Virus record (IMG/VR): IMGVR_UViG_2663763509_000001
Coordinates: 5,533-69,532 of that record
Source of the DNA: a virus
Lineage: Duplodnaviria; Caudoviricetes
DNA: 64,000 nt
Strand: one strand, 5' to 3'
The position numbers were made by a program, and so were the translations under genes. Every line of letters starts with the position of its first letter. The stretch's first letter is position 1. Of the stretch, positions 30,728 to 40,021 are shown piece after piece. A model generated the notes under the pieces. The model worked only from the letters and a program-made list of their open reading frames with translations. It was not told the DNA's origin and did no database searches.

Positions 30728-31350
30728 GTATTCAATACGAAATAGAAATAAATGAATATGATCTACTTAATACACTAAGTGTAAAAGAAGATATATTACC
30801 ATTCTTAAAGAATGAACTAAATAAAGAAGAATTAGAAAATGCTATAGATTACTTAAAAGAAGAATTAGATTCTGAAGATCAACTTAGTACTATAGAAGAA
30901 CTTCTTAATTCTGATTTTAGTAAACATATTAGATTCGATAAATTAAAAGAATGTGTAGAAAAACCTTCACATTACTTACAATATGGTTTTGAATCTAGAG
31001 AACTACAAACAGCTTTATTAGATGAAATAAATATTAGCCCAATTAATGCTCATAACATAGCTACTGCTATTAAATATGTAGTTAGATGTAAATTTAAAGA
31101 AAACTATGAGCAAGATTTAAGTAAGGCTATTCAATACTTAAAGTTTTGTAGTGAGAAGATTGAATTTATAGAAGAGATTAGATCACCATCTATAAAAGTT
31201 ACAAAATATCTTAAAAAGATAGAAGAAGTAGATCTAGCTATAGCTAAAGGATTAACATTAATAGTTAACTATGGATATTGTCCTACTCAACTTAATCTAG
31301 ATAAAGCTATTAGTTATTTAAATAAATTAAAAGAATTTGGTAATGACTAA
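30724..31350 (+). CDS. DUF3310 domain protein (T7 gp1.7-like nucleotide kinase family)
   Basis: KPSHY...AIKYVVRCKFKENYEQDLSKAIQYL. Confidence 0.7.
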   Translation: MSIQYEIEINEYDLLNTLSVKEDILPFLKNELNKEELENAIDYLKEELDSEDQLSTIEELLNSDFSKHIRFDKLKECVEKPSHYLQYGFESRELQTALLDEINISPINAHNIATAIKYVVRCKFKENYEQDLSKAIQYLKFCSEKIEFIEEIRSPSIKVTKYLKKIEEVDLAIAKGLTLIVNYGYCPTQLNLDKAISYLNKLKEFGND

Positions 31351-31747
31351 TGAAGAAGTAAAACAACATCTTAAAAAAATCAAATCTGAGCTATCTAGCA
31401 AGGCTGTAAATACAGTTTATAACTTAAGGTGTAGTTTACTATTAGATTATGCTAATTTTGAAAATTCAGGAAATTATGACGAAGAAGAATACCTATTAAG
31501 ACATATGGTATCTAAATGTCTTTATTTTATTCCTGAAAAAGAGTTTGATAGTATTATAATTAGAATTAAAGATAATCTAAAAGAAGAAAAAAGATTAGAT
31601 TTAATGAATAGTATTATTATTAGAATACTAAATTATAAGAAATCAACTAAAGAAGCTAAAGAAGAGAAATTCTTTATAGAACTATCTTCTGATCTAATTA
31701 CTTTATCCTATTCATTAGGTTACAAGATCTTTGACTATAGTAGTTAA
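31337..31747 (+). CDS. Hypothetical protein
   Basis: ORF coupled to previous gene. Confidence 0.65.
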   Translation: MVMTNEEVKQHLKKIKSELSSKAVNTVYNLRCSLLLDYANFENSGNYDEEEYLLRHMVSKCLYFIPEKEFDSIIIRIKDNLKEEKRLDLMNSIIIRILNYKKSTKEAKEEKFFIELSSDLITLSYSLGYKIFDYSS

Positions 31748-31993
31748 TCTAACTATTTCTTCTAGATAAGGCATATGTATTTTAGTATATATGCCATTGT
31801 CTACACATATGTGAACTTCTATAGGTGTATTTCTATAAAATCTTATCTTAACTAAGGTGTCTTTATATAGAACTAATGGATGTTTTAATATTAGTATTAA
31901 ATTAGGTATCTCTTTATTCTCTATTTTAATATAATAATACTCTTCTATTTGTTTATATACAGACTTTTTACTAACTTTTAAACACTTAATCAT
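31715..31993 (-). CDS. Hypothetical protein, lone antisense gene divergent from RNAPII
   Basis: Fills an otherwise empty gap; AGGT SD before ATG 31993; A-rich on - strand like other coding strands. Confidence 0.5.
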   Translation of the reverse strand: MIKCLKVSKKSVYKQIEEYYYIKIENKEIPNLILILKHPLVLYKDTLVKIRFYRNTPIEVHICVDNGIYTKIHMPYLEEIVRLTTIVKDLVT

Positions 31994-32014
31994 AATTAAC
32001 CTAAAGGATATAAA

Positions 32015-32609
32015 ATGGATTTGACACAATTTTACCATATTTTGGATAAGTTACAAACATCAACTATTCAATCTTACATTATTAATCTAGGTAGGGAGTA
32101 CTCTAGATTATTAGATGAAGATCTAAATATGAAACAAGTAATTGAAAAAGGTTCTGAGATATTAAATAAACTATTCATTAAAAGATTAGTTGTAAAAGAA
32201 AATACATCAGATGGTAAAGTATCTAAGATAATGATTACACCTAAATTAGATATCACATTAAGTGATAGAATAAAATTCTATCCTATAGAAACTGAAGTAC
32301 CTGAGTATAATAAACAATCTTACACACTAAATGATAAAAGATATGGATTAATACTTCATAATCAATTCGGTATATCTAAAGTATCTACTAAGTGCTTAGA
32401 TACTATTAAGAAATTATCTAGTATTCCTATTCAAATAGATAGTTCATTAAGTGATTGGACTAGGATACCTAAGAATATAGAAGCTTTAGAACAAGAAAAC
32501 TTCAAGAAAGAATCAGATTTATTTAGAAATACACAAAAAGAATACCATAATAAAATAGTGTATTTTCATTATAGATTTGATAATAGAGGTAGAATGTATA
32601 ATAATGGGT
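32015..32609 (+). CDS. T7-like / N4 RNAPII RNA polymerase, exon 1
   Basis: YFHYRFDNRGRMY motif; splices to give ...NNGY NLNPQGD. Confidence 0.88.
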
Positions 32610-33676
32610 TAAATTAGCCCCTATAATGAGTGATCATTATAGCAAACTCCATTAATTCAGGGGAAATCTTAGCAAGTAAAGTTGAAGATAATCCTGATCC
32701 AAGCATTATTTATGTTATAATAATGAAGGAGCAACGACTATCGAAAGCATAGTTAAAGTAGTGATACTTTAATGAAGAAGCGAGTAGAGTACACTCAAGT
32801 GAGTGGAAAAATGGAGCATCTAATTATCTTAAATAGATATTTTAGATGATGATATAGTCTAGTCTGTATAGAAATATACAGCTGAAATATGTGTTATTAA
32901 TAAAAAGGAATAGAATGTTTCATTATACATATTTAATTGAATATACTACAGGTAAGAAATATATGGGAGTAAGATCTAGTAAAGTTCCACCTGAAGAGGA
33001 TACTAAATATGTAGGAAGTTCTTTAATCACACCTAACGATAAAATACTTAGAAAAATCATATTACAGCAGTTTGAAACAAGACAAGAAGCGTTACAATCA
33101 GAAATAGAATACCATAAAAAATATGATGTAGCTGTAAATACTGATTATTATAATAGAGCAAGACAAACTTCTACAGGTTTTGATGTTACAGGAACTAAAT
33201 TTACTAAAGAACATAGAGAAAAAATTGGTAAAAGTAATTTAGGTAAGATAATATCTGAAGAAACTAGAAGAAAATTATCAATTGCTCACAAAGGAAAAAG
33301 ATTAGGTTGGAAACATTCTGAAGAAACAAGAAATAAAATATCTAAAGCTAATAAAGGTACTCCACCTTATAGTAAAGGGCTTCATTTTAGTGAAGACTAT
33401 ATTAGAGAAAAGTATGAAAGTAGAACTAAATTCCCAAATACAAAATTCAAATGGATAAATACAAGAATAAATAAAATAGTATATATGTCTTGTAGGGAAT
33501 TAGGTTATAAAGTTAGGGATAATAAAGGTAAACCTACTACTAAGTACTTTACTGCTATTGTACAGTCATATAATACTAAGTACAATAGAGTTTCATATTT
33601 AGGTTGGAGATTACATAAAGAAGATAAATAACACATAAATCGGGATAGGAGTAACGAACCTATCTGAATATAAACG
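32610..33676 (+). mobile_element. Group I intron (IA2-like) 1 in RNAP gene
   Basis: P1 GGGU/GCCC; core GACTATC...AGTAGAGTA...ATATAGTCT; terminal G; splicing restores GYNLNPQG. Confidence 0.9.
32915..33631 (+). CDS. Intron-encoded GIY-YIG homing endonuclease with NUMOD3 repeats
   Basis: HYTYLI...KYMGVR...YVGSS...YYN; SEETRRKLS and HSEETRNKIS repeats. Confidence 0.88.
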   Translation: MFHYTYLIEYTTGKKYMGVRSSKVPPEEDTKYVGSSLITPNDKILRKIILQQFETRQEALQSEIEYHKKYDVAVNTDYYNRARQTSTGFDVTGTKFTKEHREKIGKSNLGKIISEETRRKLSIAHKGKRLGWKHSEETRNKISKANKGTPPYSKGLHFSEDYIREKYESRTKFPNTKFKWINTRINKIVYMSCRELGYKVRDNKGKPTTKYFTAIVQSYNTKYNRVSYLGWRLHKEDK

Positions 33677-34494
33677 ATAACCTAAATCCACAAGGTGATG
33701 AATATTCTAAAGCAGCAATTACACTTGCTAATAAAGAAATCATCACAGATGAAGGTTCTAAGTATTTAATCTATGATATAGCAAATAACTATGGATTAGA
33801 TAAACTTACTAGAGAAAGAAAATTAGCTTGGTTTGAAGACAATAAAGAAATGATTATTGAAACAGGACATAAAAGTCTCTTCAAAGAAGAAGCTGATAAA
33901 CCATTATTATTCCAAAAAGGATGTAAAGCTTACTTAGATTACTTAGAAGGTAAGGAATCAGGATATATTTGTCAAATGGATGCTACTGCTTCATTTGCAC
34001 AGATTATGGCTGTATTATCTAAGGATAAGAATTTAGCCATAATAACTAATCTAACAGATGCTCCTAATCGTTATGACTTCTACTCAGAAGTTATTAAAGA
34101 GTTCTTATTAGTTTCTAAATCTAATGTTGATTTAAAGACAGCTAGAAATTACCTTAAAAAAGCCTTAATGGTTTACTTCTATAATGGAGAAAAAGAATTT
34201 AACAATGTAATTACTAAACCTGAAAATAGAAAACTATTTAAGGAAATATTACAATCTGTTGCAAAAGGAGCATATGAAATAAGAGAAACTATAAACAATG
34301 TTTACTTAGAATTAAGTGATAGAGCTTTGTTTAATTATATACTTCCTGATAACTTTCAAGTATCACTACCACAAATTGATACAGAAAGAGTTAAAGTAAG
34401 CTCTCCATTCTATAATGTTATAGTTCAATATGATGTGAATAGACCTAATGTAGCAAATAATAAAAGATTCTTAGCTCCATCATTTATACACAGT
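33677..34494 (+). CDS. RNA polymerase, exon 2
   Basis: NPQGDEYSKA, DIANNYGLDK, motif A MDATAS, motif B RNYLKKALMVYFYNG, LAPSFIHS. Confidence 0.9.
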
Positions 34495-35523
34495 GAACTT
34501 CTACGCTGTGTTTAAACTCCGTTAATTGCAGGAAGGCTAAGTCGTAAGATATGCTAATCTGCAGCCAAGTTAAATCGGGTTCAGAGACTATCGAAAGGGT
34601 AATTAGATTAGTGATAATCTAATGAGTAACCGAGTAGAGTAGGTTAGACAAGTGTCAACCGAAATGCGGAGCATAGTAAATATCTCAAGTAGATATTTAA
34701 TATGAAGAAATAGTCCGATACTCTTGCGAAAGTAAGAGATTTGTTGTATAATATGTGTCAATACAATGAATTTTTATAAAGGAATAAAATGAATAAACAT
34801 ATCATTGATTTGACAAATAAAAAGTTTGGCTCTTTAAGAGCTATAGAATATGTTTACTCTAAAAATAGAATGGCTTTTTGGAAATATGAGTGTGATTGTG
34901 GTAATATAATTATAAAAAGATCAAACACAATAACATATCAAACTAAAAAGTATATGAAGGTAAAACCTCAATTTCCATCTTGTGGTTGTAAAGAACTTGA
35001 ACAAAAAACTAAACACGGATACAGAAAACTAAAAGATACTCATCCATTATATAAAGTGTATAATAGTATGATGAATAGATGTTATAACAGTAATCTAAGT
35101 GAATATAAACATTATGGAGCATTAGGTGTTACTGTTTGCAATGAATGGAAAAATAATCCTAAAGCATTTATTGAATGGGGATTAAAAAATGGATATAAAA
35201 AAGGACTTAGTATAGATAAAGATATCTTATGCGAGAAAAAAAGAATCTATCCTAAAGTTTATAGTCCTGAAACTTGCCAATTTATATCTAAATTCGATAA
35301 TAATTCATATTCAAGTTCAAGAAAAGAAATAAACACACACAAGAATGTTAAATTAACAATAGAGCAAGCTAATAATTTATACCATAAATACAAAATAGAT
35401 AAAATATCAGGACCTAAACTATCTAAAATGTTTGGTATAGGTACTTCGTCTGTTTATAAAATAATACATAAAAAAGACAAAATTATACAACAAAGTTCAG
35501 AGTAACATCTGAATTAACAATTG
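34495..35523 (+). mobile_element. Group I intron 2 in RNAP gene (motif C)
   Basis: P1 CACAGU/GCUGUG; core CAGAGACTATC...AATAGTCC; splicing restores FIHS|IDAY. Confidence 0.9.
34789..35505 (+). CDS. Intron-encoded HNH-type homing endonuclease
   Basis: ECDCGN, SCGC, YNSMMNRCYN, VTVCNEW, LSIDKD, YSPETCQF; C-terminal HTH. Confidence 0.85.
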   Translation: MNKHIIDLTNKKFGSLRAIEYVYSKNRMAFWKYECDCGNIIIKRSNTITYQTKKYMKVKPQFPSCGCKELEQKTKHGYRKLKDTHPLYKVYNSMMNRCYNSNLSEYKHYGALGVTVCNEWKNNPKAFIEWGLKNGYKKGLSIDKDILCEKKRIYPKVYSPETCQFISKFDNNSYSSSRKEINTHKNVKLTIEQANNLYHKYKIDKISGPKLSKMFGIGTSSVYKIIHKKDKIIQQSSE

Positions 35524-35778
35524 ATAGATGCTTATATAGCTAGAGAAATGATTAGAAGAGTAGATTATGATATGTTAGTGAATCACGATTCATTTATGTC
35601 ACATCCTAACAATTGTAAAAAATCTTTAGAACACTATAAAGATATATTAAATCAAATCAATTATTCTAATCTATTCGATAATTTACTATCTCAAATGTAT
35701 GGACAAAAGATTGAGTCTAAATTCACTAATAGAGAACCATTAAATCTAATCCATCGTTCAACTTACGCATTATGTTAG
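35524..35778 (+). CDS. RNA polymerase, exon 3
   Basis: IDAYIAREM...NHDSFMSHPN...STYALC. Confidence 0.9.
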   Translation: MDAYIAREMIRRVDYDMLVNHDSFMSHPNNCKKSLEHYKDILNQINYSNLFDNLLSQMYGQKIESKFTNREPLNLIHRSTYALC

Positions 35779-35832
35779 ATACTATGGATACTTTTCGTAT
35801 CGATACAAAAATTATTTTATAAAGGAGTTAAA

Positions 35833-35985
35833 ATGACAGAAAAAGAAAGATTAGAGAGCTTAATTCAAAAAGCTAATGAAAGATTAAAAAGTATCTCTGA
35901 TCCAACAACTGAACTAGAAAATGAATTTGCTCATATTGAAAATGCTGATATGACTCAAAAAGACAAATCAGGTTCAGGTAAGTAA
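35833..35985 (+). CDS. 50-aa candidate protein modifier / precursor peptide
   Basis: AAAGGAG SD; MTEKERLESL...TQKDKSGSGK*; first gene of the E1-E2-JAB cluster; below ORF-track cutoff. Confidence 0.65.
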   Translation: MTEKERLESLIQKANERLKSISDPTTELENEFAHIENADMTQKDKSGSGK

Positions 35986-35988
35986 TTA

Positions 35989-36016
35989 AAGGGGTTTATA
36001 TCCCCTTATTTTTTTT
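35989..36016 (+). terminator. Intrinsic terminator after small tag gene
   Basis: AAGGGG-tttatat-CCCCTT-ATTTTTTTT. Confidence 0.65.
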
Positions 36017-36028
36017 AAAGGATATAAA

Positions 36029-37588
36029 ATGACAAGAAACAAATATTTTACTAATTTATCACATTTCATAATCTATACTAGTCTAAAAGACATCAATGAA
36101 ATCTATCCAAATTTCTCATTAAATCAATGTAAATCATTCTTATCAATGTTACTCGTAATTAAAAACTTAAATCCAATAGTAATCCAATACTCAAAAACCG
36201 AACACAATAAAGAAATTGAATATATAAAAATTATACTCACAATAGAACAAGGAATATATCTAAAGGAAATGTTTGATGATATTATATTATCTAGCAATCA
36301 TTCATTAGTTTTCTCAAAAGATCAGTTCTACAAACTTTTTAAAGACGTAGAAGACTTAGAAAAATTAGATATATCAGGTTATACAACAACCTATACTGAT
36401 TACTTTAATAAATTTGATGGTGATACTAACTATTTAAATAATAATTTTTCTTTATCTAATATACAAAGTAATTTATCAAGATCATATGGTAAATTTAGAC
36501 ATAATTTACTACAAAGATTAGTAAGAAGATACAATTTAAAAGTAGAAAAAAAAGTTTTAAATACTAATTGTGAAGAAGATTTTCTAAATAGTATTTTATT
36601 AGGTGATAAGTCTTACTTAAGAAATATACACGATGATTATACATTAATAAGAACAAAAAACAATGTATTAAACGGTAGTAATATTATGTTCATAAATCCT
36701 AATACTGCTACTTTACTTAATAAAGAAGTAGTAGGTGTAGATACTCTATTAAAACTGTTTAATATTGATGAGAAAAGTTTATATAGACATATGTATATGT
36801 TATCTAATAAACAACTAATAAATGTTTTATTAGTAGGTTTAGGAGGTACTATGTCTAACTTTGTTTATTTTGCAAATGAATTAGTTAAGTATTTTAAATT
36901 AGAACCTATCTTTGGTACTATGTATGTAATTGAAGATGATGATTTAGATGTTACTAATTTACCTAGAATACCATTAAATTATGTATCTAACAGAGATACT
37001 AAAGTAATTAGAACTATTTCTAAATTAAATTTGTTGAGTGGTGTAAATAACTTATCTAATGCTACTATACCTATATACGGAAAGTTAGCTACTGTACATA
37101 CTATACAAGGACTCGGTATAGTTAAAAAACCTTTAAGTTTCTATAAGAACGAAAATATTAAAAACTATAGTAGAGTAATAGGTATAAATTATGTTAAAGA
37201 CATTAAGAAAGAGTATTATACAGCCTTTCCTGATAATTGGGTAAAAAAATTCGGTATAAACACAATAATAGGATCTCCTTCCTTAGATGTAAGAGATGAA
37301 TTATCTAAATTAGGTGTTAATTACTTATGCCCATTACATACAGATAATAGTATTGTAATTTATAGAAATATAGACTTAAGTAATATATCATTAAATGCTG
37401 AAAGTTATGGTTCAATTGATTTAAATGTATTCTTATTAAATATGTTTAAAATGACAGTAGAGTTAATAATGAATATTAAACCTAAATATGAATCTTTAGC
37501 TGAAGAAAAAATACTAGATTACTCTGTTTTAGAGGATGAAGAAATAAAATCTAATAGTAAATTAGATAAACAATTTGTTATTTTTTAG
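36029..37588 (+). CDS. ThiF/E1-like adenylation domain protein
   Basis: NVLLVGLGGTMS nucleotide-binding loop; VIEDDDLDVTNLPR...SK motif. Confidence 0.75.
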   Translation: MTRNKYFTNLSHFIIYTSLKDINEIYPNFSLNQCKSFLSMLLVIKNLNPIVIQYSKTEHNKEIEYIKIILTIEQGIYLKEMFDDIILSSNHSLVFSKDQFYKLFKDVEDLEKLDISGYTTTYTDYFNKFDGDTNYLNNNFSLSNIQSNLSRSYGKFRHNLLQRLVRRYNLKVEKKVLNTNCEEDFLNSILLGDKSYLRNIHDDYTLIRTKNNVLNGSNIMFINPNTATLLNKEVVGVDTLLKLFNIDEKSLYRHMYMLSNKQLINVLLVGLGGTMSNFVYFANELVKYFKLEPIFGTMYVIEDDDLDVTNLPRIPLNYVSNRDTKVIRTISKLNLLSGVNNLSNATIPIYGKLATVHTIQGLGIVKKPLSFYKNENIKNYSRVIGINYVKDIKKEYYTAFPDNWVKKFGINTIIGSPSLDVRDELSKLGVNYLCPLHTDNSIVIYRNIDLSNISLNAESYGSIDLNVFLLNMFKMTVELIMNIKPKYESLAEEKILDYSVLEDEEIKSNSKLDKQFVIF

Positions 37589-37596
37589 GAGTAAAA

Positions 37597-38751
37597 ATGA
37601 ATAAAAGTTATTTCTCTTTTAAGAATATATATGAAGAAGTATTAATGAAAGAACGTTTGTTAGGAATGAAGCTATCTGTAGAAGCTAATATAGCTGAAAC
37701 ATTAGAAAATTCCTCATTAGATTTTACCCACTTAACTAACAATGATGTCTTATTTAATAAGTTAATAAAAATAGACAATATGGAACTTATAAAAGAATCT
37801 AATGAATCAGACTATGATGATTATGGTTTAATTAGAACTAATGAATTAAAAAATTTAATAGAAAGTAGTGATGTAAAGAAAGTAACATTTAAACTACCTT
37901 TAAAAGTTTATTCTTTATTAGATTATATATTACCGTTATTAGAATCAGAAGCAGTATATGGAGTGATAGCAATTGATAATTTTGGAAATAGTATGAATAT
38001 ATCACACCCTTGTAGAATTATAGAAATTATTGCTAATGAAAAAGCTAATAAAGATCAATTATTCACTAGTTTATATGTATTTAGTATGCCTGAGAATATA
38101 CCAAATTATCTTAATGAAAAAACTAAAGAAGAAGATGCTATAAATATAATTAATTTAATATATAACTATAAAGAAAGTATTTTAAAAAAAGAAGAATATG
38201 ACACTTCATATGCTAATGATAAAATAATAGTTTATGATCCTGAATATATAAGCAATAATATTGATACAGGATTATACTCGAGAACAAACTTTATGGATAT
38301 AAACATACCAAAGTATAATAACAATTTATTCTTAAACCAGATTTGTATTCGTAGAAGTAAATCTACAAGCAGTAGAAATAAAGTTAATTATTTTTTCAAT
38401 TATATAGATATATTTGTAAAAAACCTATACTTACCTTATTATGGATTACTGCTTCATAGAATTAAACCAAATGAGTTAACTGAATCCTTAAATATTAAAG
38501 GTATCTCTATATCAGGAAATACTAATTTAATAGATGATGGAAAAATTTTACTAGCAGGTAGTACTTGCACAGGAGATTATAAAACTACATCATTAGAAGG
38601 ATTGTTAAGTTTAAGAAAAATGAATCTAAATAGTATGTATAACGGTTCAGATCATAATGGAGTTAAATCTAATTATTTTGATATAGTTAGACTTTTTAAA
38701 CAAATCACAATAAAAGAAGTAAAGGACTTTTTAAATGGAAATAGTAAATAA
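37597..38751 (+). CDS. Putative prokaryotic E2-like protein
   Basis: C-terminal PYYG...SGN...GSTCTG...N motif resembles the E2 active-site Cys; lies between E1 and JAB. Confidence 0.5.
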   Translation: MNKSYFSFKNIYEEVLMKERLLGMKLSVEANIAETLENSSLDFTHLTNNDVLFNKLIKIDNMELIKESNESDYDDYGLIRTNELKNLIESSDVKKVTFKLPLKVYSLLDYILPLLESEAVYGVIAIDNFGNSMNISHPCRIIEIIANEKANKDQLFTSLYVFSMPENIPNYLNEKTKEEDAINIINLIYNYKESILKKEEYDTSYANDKIIVYDPEYISNNIDTGLYSRTNFMDINIPKYNNNLFLNQICIRRSKSTSSRNKVNYFFNYIDIFVKNLYLPYYGLLLHRIKPNELTESLNIKGISISGNTNLIDDGKILLAGSTCTGDYKTTSLEGLLSLRKMNLNSMYNGSDHNGVKSNYFDIVRLFKQITIKEVKDFLNGNSK

Positions 38752-39187
38752 ATCTATGGAAAGTACATTACCAGATAATAAGAAAGTAAATTCTTATTCT
38801 GATAGCAGTACTAATGTTATAGGGATAGCTAGTTATAAATTAGAAGATTTGATAGAAATAAAGAATACATTAAAAGATGTTAATTCTTATGAATATCAAG
38901 TACATTATACTAGTTTAAATAGAATAGTAGAATATCCTGACGGTTCTAAAACCATTATGGTATTTCCTTTAATTTATTTTAACTATAAACAAGAAGTTAG
39001 TTACGCTTCAATAGATGTAGAAATGACTGATGTTATAGAAGAATTAAAAAAGTATGAAGAACCTACTAAAATATTAGCATTAGATTTAAAAAGAAGATTC
39101 AAAGAACTAGATGATAAAGAGATTAATGAAAATGTTAAAGTTTCTTATACTATATGTATGTTAAATAATGTACATAAACACCCATAA
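38735..39187 (+). CDS. JAB/MPN metallopeptidase, N-terminal half
   Basis: YEYQVH (candidate catalytic Glu); YKQEVSYASID; ends exactly at NVHKHP*. Confidence 0.6.
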   Translation: MEIVNKSMESTLPDNKKVNSYSDSSTNVIGIASYKLEDLIEIKNTLKDVNSYEYQVHYTSLNRIVEYPDGSKTIMVFPLIYFNYKQEVSYASIDVEMTDVIEELKKYEEPTKILALDLKRRFKELDDKEINENVKVSYTICMLNNVHKHP

Positions 39188-39196
39188 GGAGTAATA

Positions 39197-40021
39197 ATGT
39201 TTTTTGATTTTAACAATAAATCTTTAAGTTTAACACCACAGTCTTTCTCCACTACAGACTTAAACACAGGAAGCCCATTAGGTGTGTGTTTTCCGTATGA
39301 AGTTAAACCACTACCTGAAGATACATTTGTAGTATCTAGTATTATAGATCACCATAACGGTAATAAAGTACTAAAAAATACAGAAACAAGGTATGTAGAA
39401 TATGTTAAAAATAAATATAATGAAGAATTAAATTACTATAGAATACCTACAATAGGAATAGCCTTAGATACTACTAAAACTCAAAATATGGTAGGGTTAT
39501 GTAAGGATTCATCTTATTATCAATCTAAGGATTTAGGAGAAGTTGATATTAATAGATTAAAACCTTTTAATGATATATACAAAGATTTTGAAACATATGT
39601 ATTTGTAGATGAATCCAAAGTAACTATTAAACAAAGCTATTACTATAATTATGATTATTACGGTAATAAATCCTTTTATGGAGGTACTACTAAGAGTACT
39701 AAAAAGAACAATCATTGGTACGATGTTTGGTATGGAACTTCAAATAAAAAAGAACAAGATAGAGAAAGAAGAGAGTATCTAATAGAATTAAGAGAATTAT
39801 TAGAAACTCAATTACTACCTTTAGATATAGATAGTATTAAAAATATCACAGAATCTAAAGATTTAGTAACTGATTTACATGAACTTATAAATGATGAGTA
39901 TGACGAATTTGGATGGTGTATTGATTATTATAAGATTACACACAATGATTTAAAAATCATTATGAAAGGTATATATGAACAAAAAAGAAAACAGTTATCT
40001 AATACTAGACATAGAAAGTGA
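39197..40021 (+). CDS. JAB/MPN metallopeptidase, C-terminal half plus Tyr-rich extension
   Basis: Own TAAGGAG SD; SFSTTD supplies the SxxD of the JAMM motif. Confidence 0.55.
   Translation: MFFDFNNKSLSLTPQSFSTTDLNTGSPLGVCFPYEVKPLPEDTFVVSSIIDHHNGNKVLKNTETRYVEYVKNKYNEELNYYRIPTIGIALDTTKTQNMVGLCKDSSYYQSKDLGEVDINRLKPFNDIYKDFETYVFVDESKVTIKQSYYYNYDYYGNKSFYGGTTKSTKKNNHWYDVWYGTSNKKEQDRERREYLIELRELLETQLLPLDIDSIKNITESKDLVTDLHELINDEYDEFGWCIDYYKITHNDLKIIMKGIYEQKRKQLSNTRHRK

Noticed and set aside
36029-37588. E1-like gene as an ordinary thiamine or molybdopterin biosynthesis enzyme
   Set aside because: No ThiS/MoaD, ThiG or MoaE nearby and no CxxC zinc motifs; its neighbours are E2-like and JAB-like
39182-39238. 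T4 gene 60-style ribosomal bypass CCA-TAA...CCA joining the JAB halves
   Set aside because: It would leave only 4 residues between HxH and S instead of 7; there is no obvious take-off hairpin, and the second ORF has its own SD
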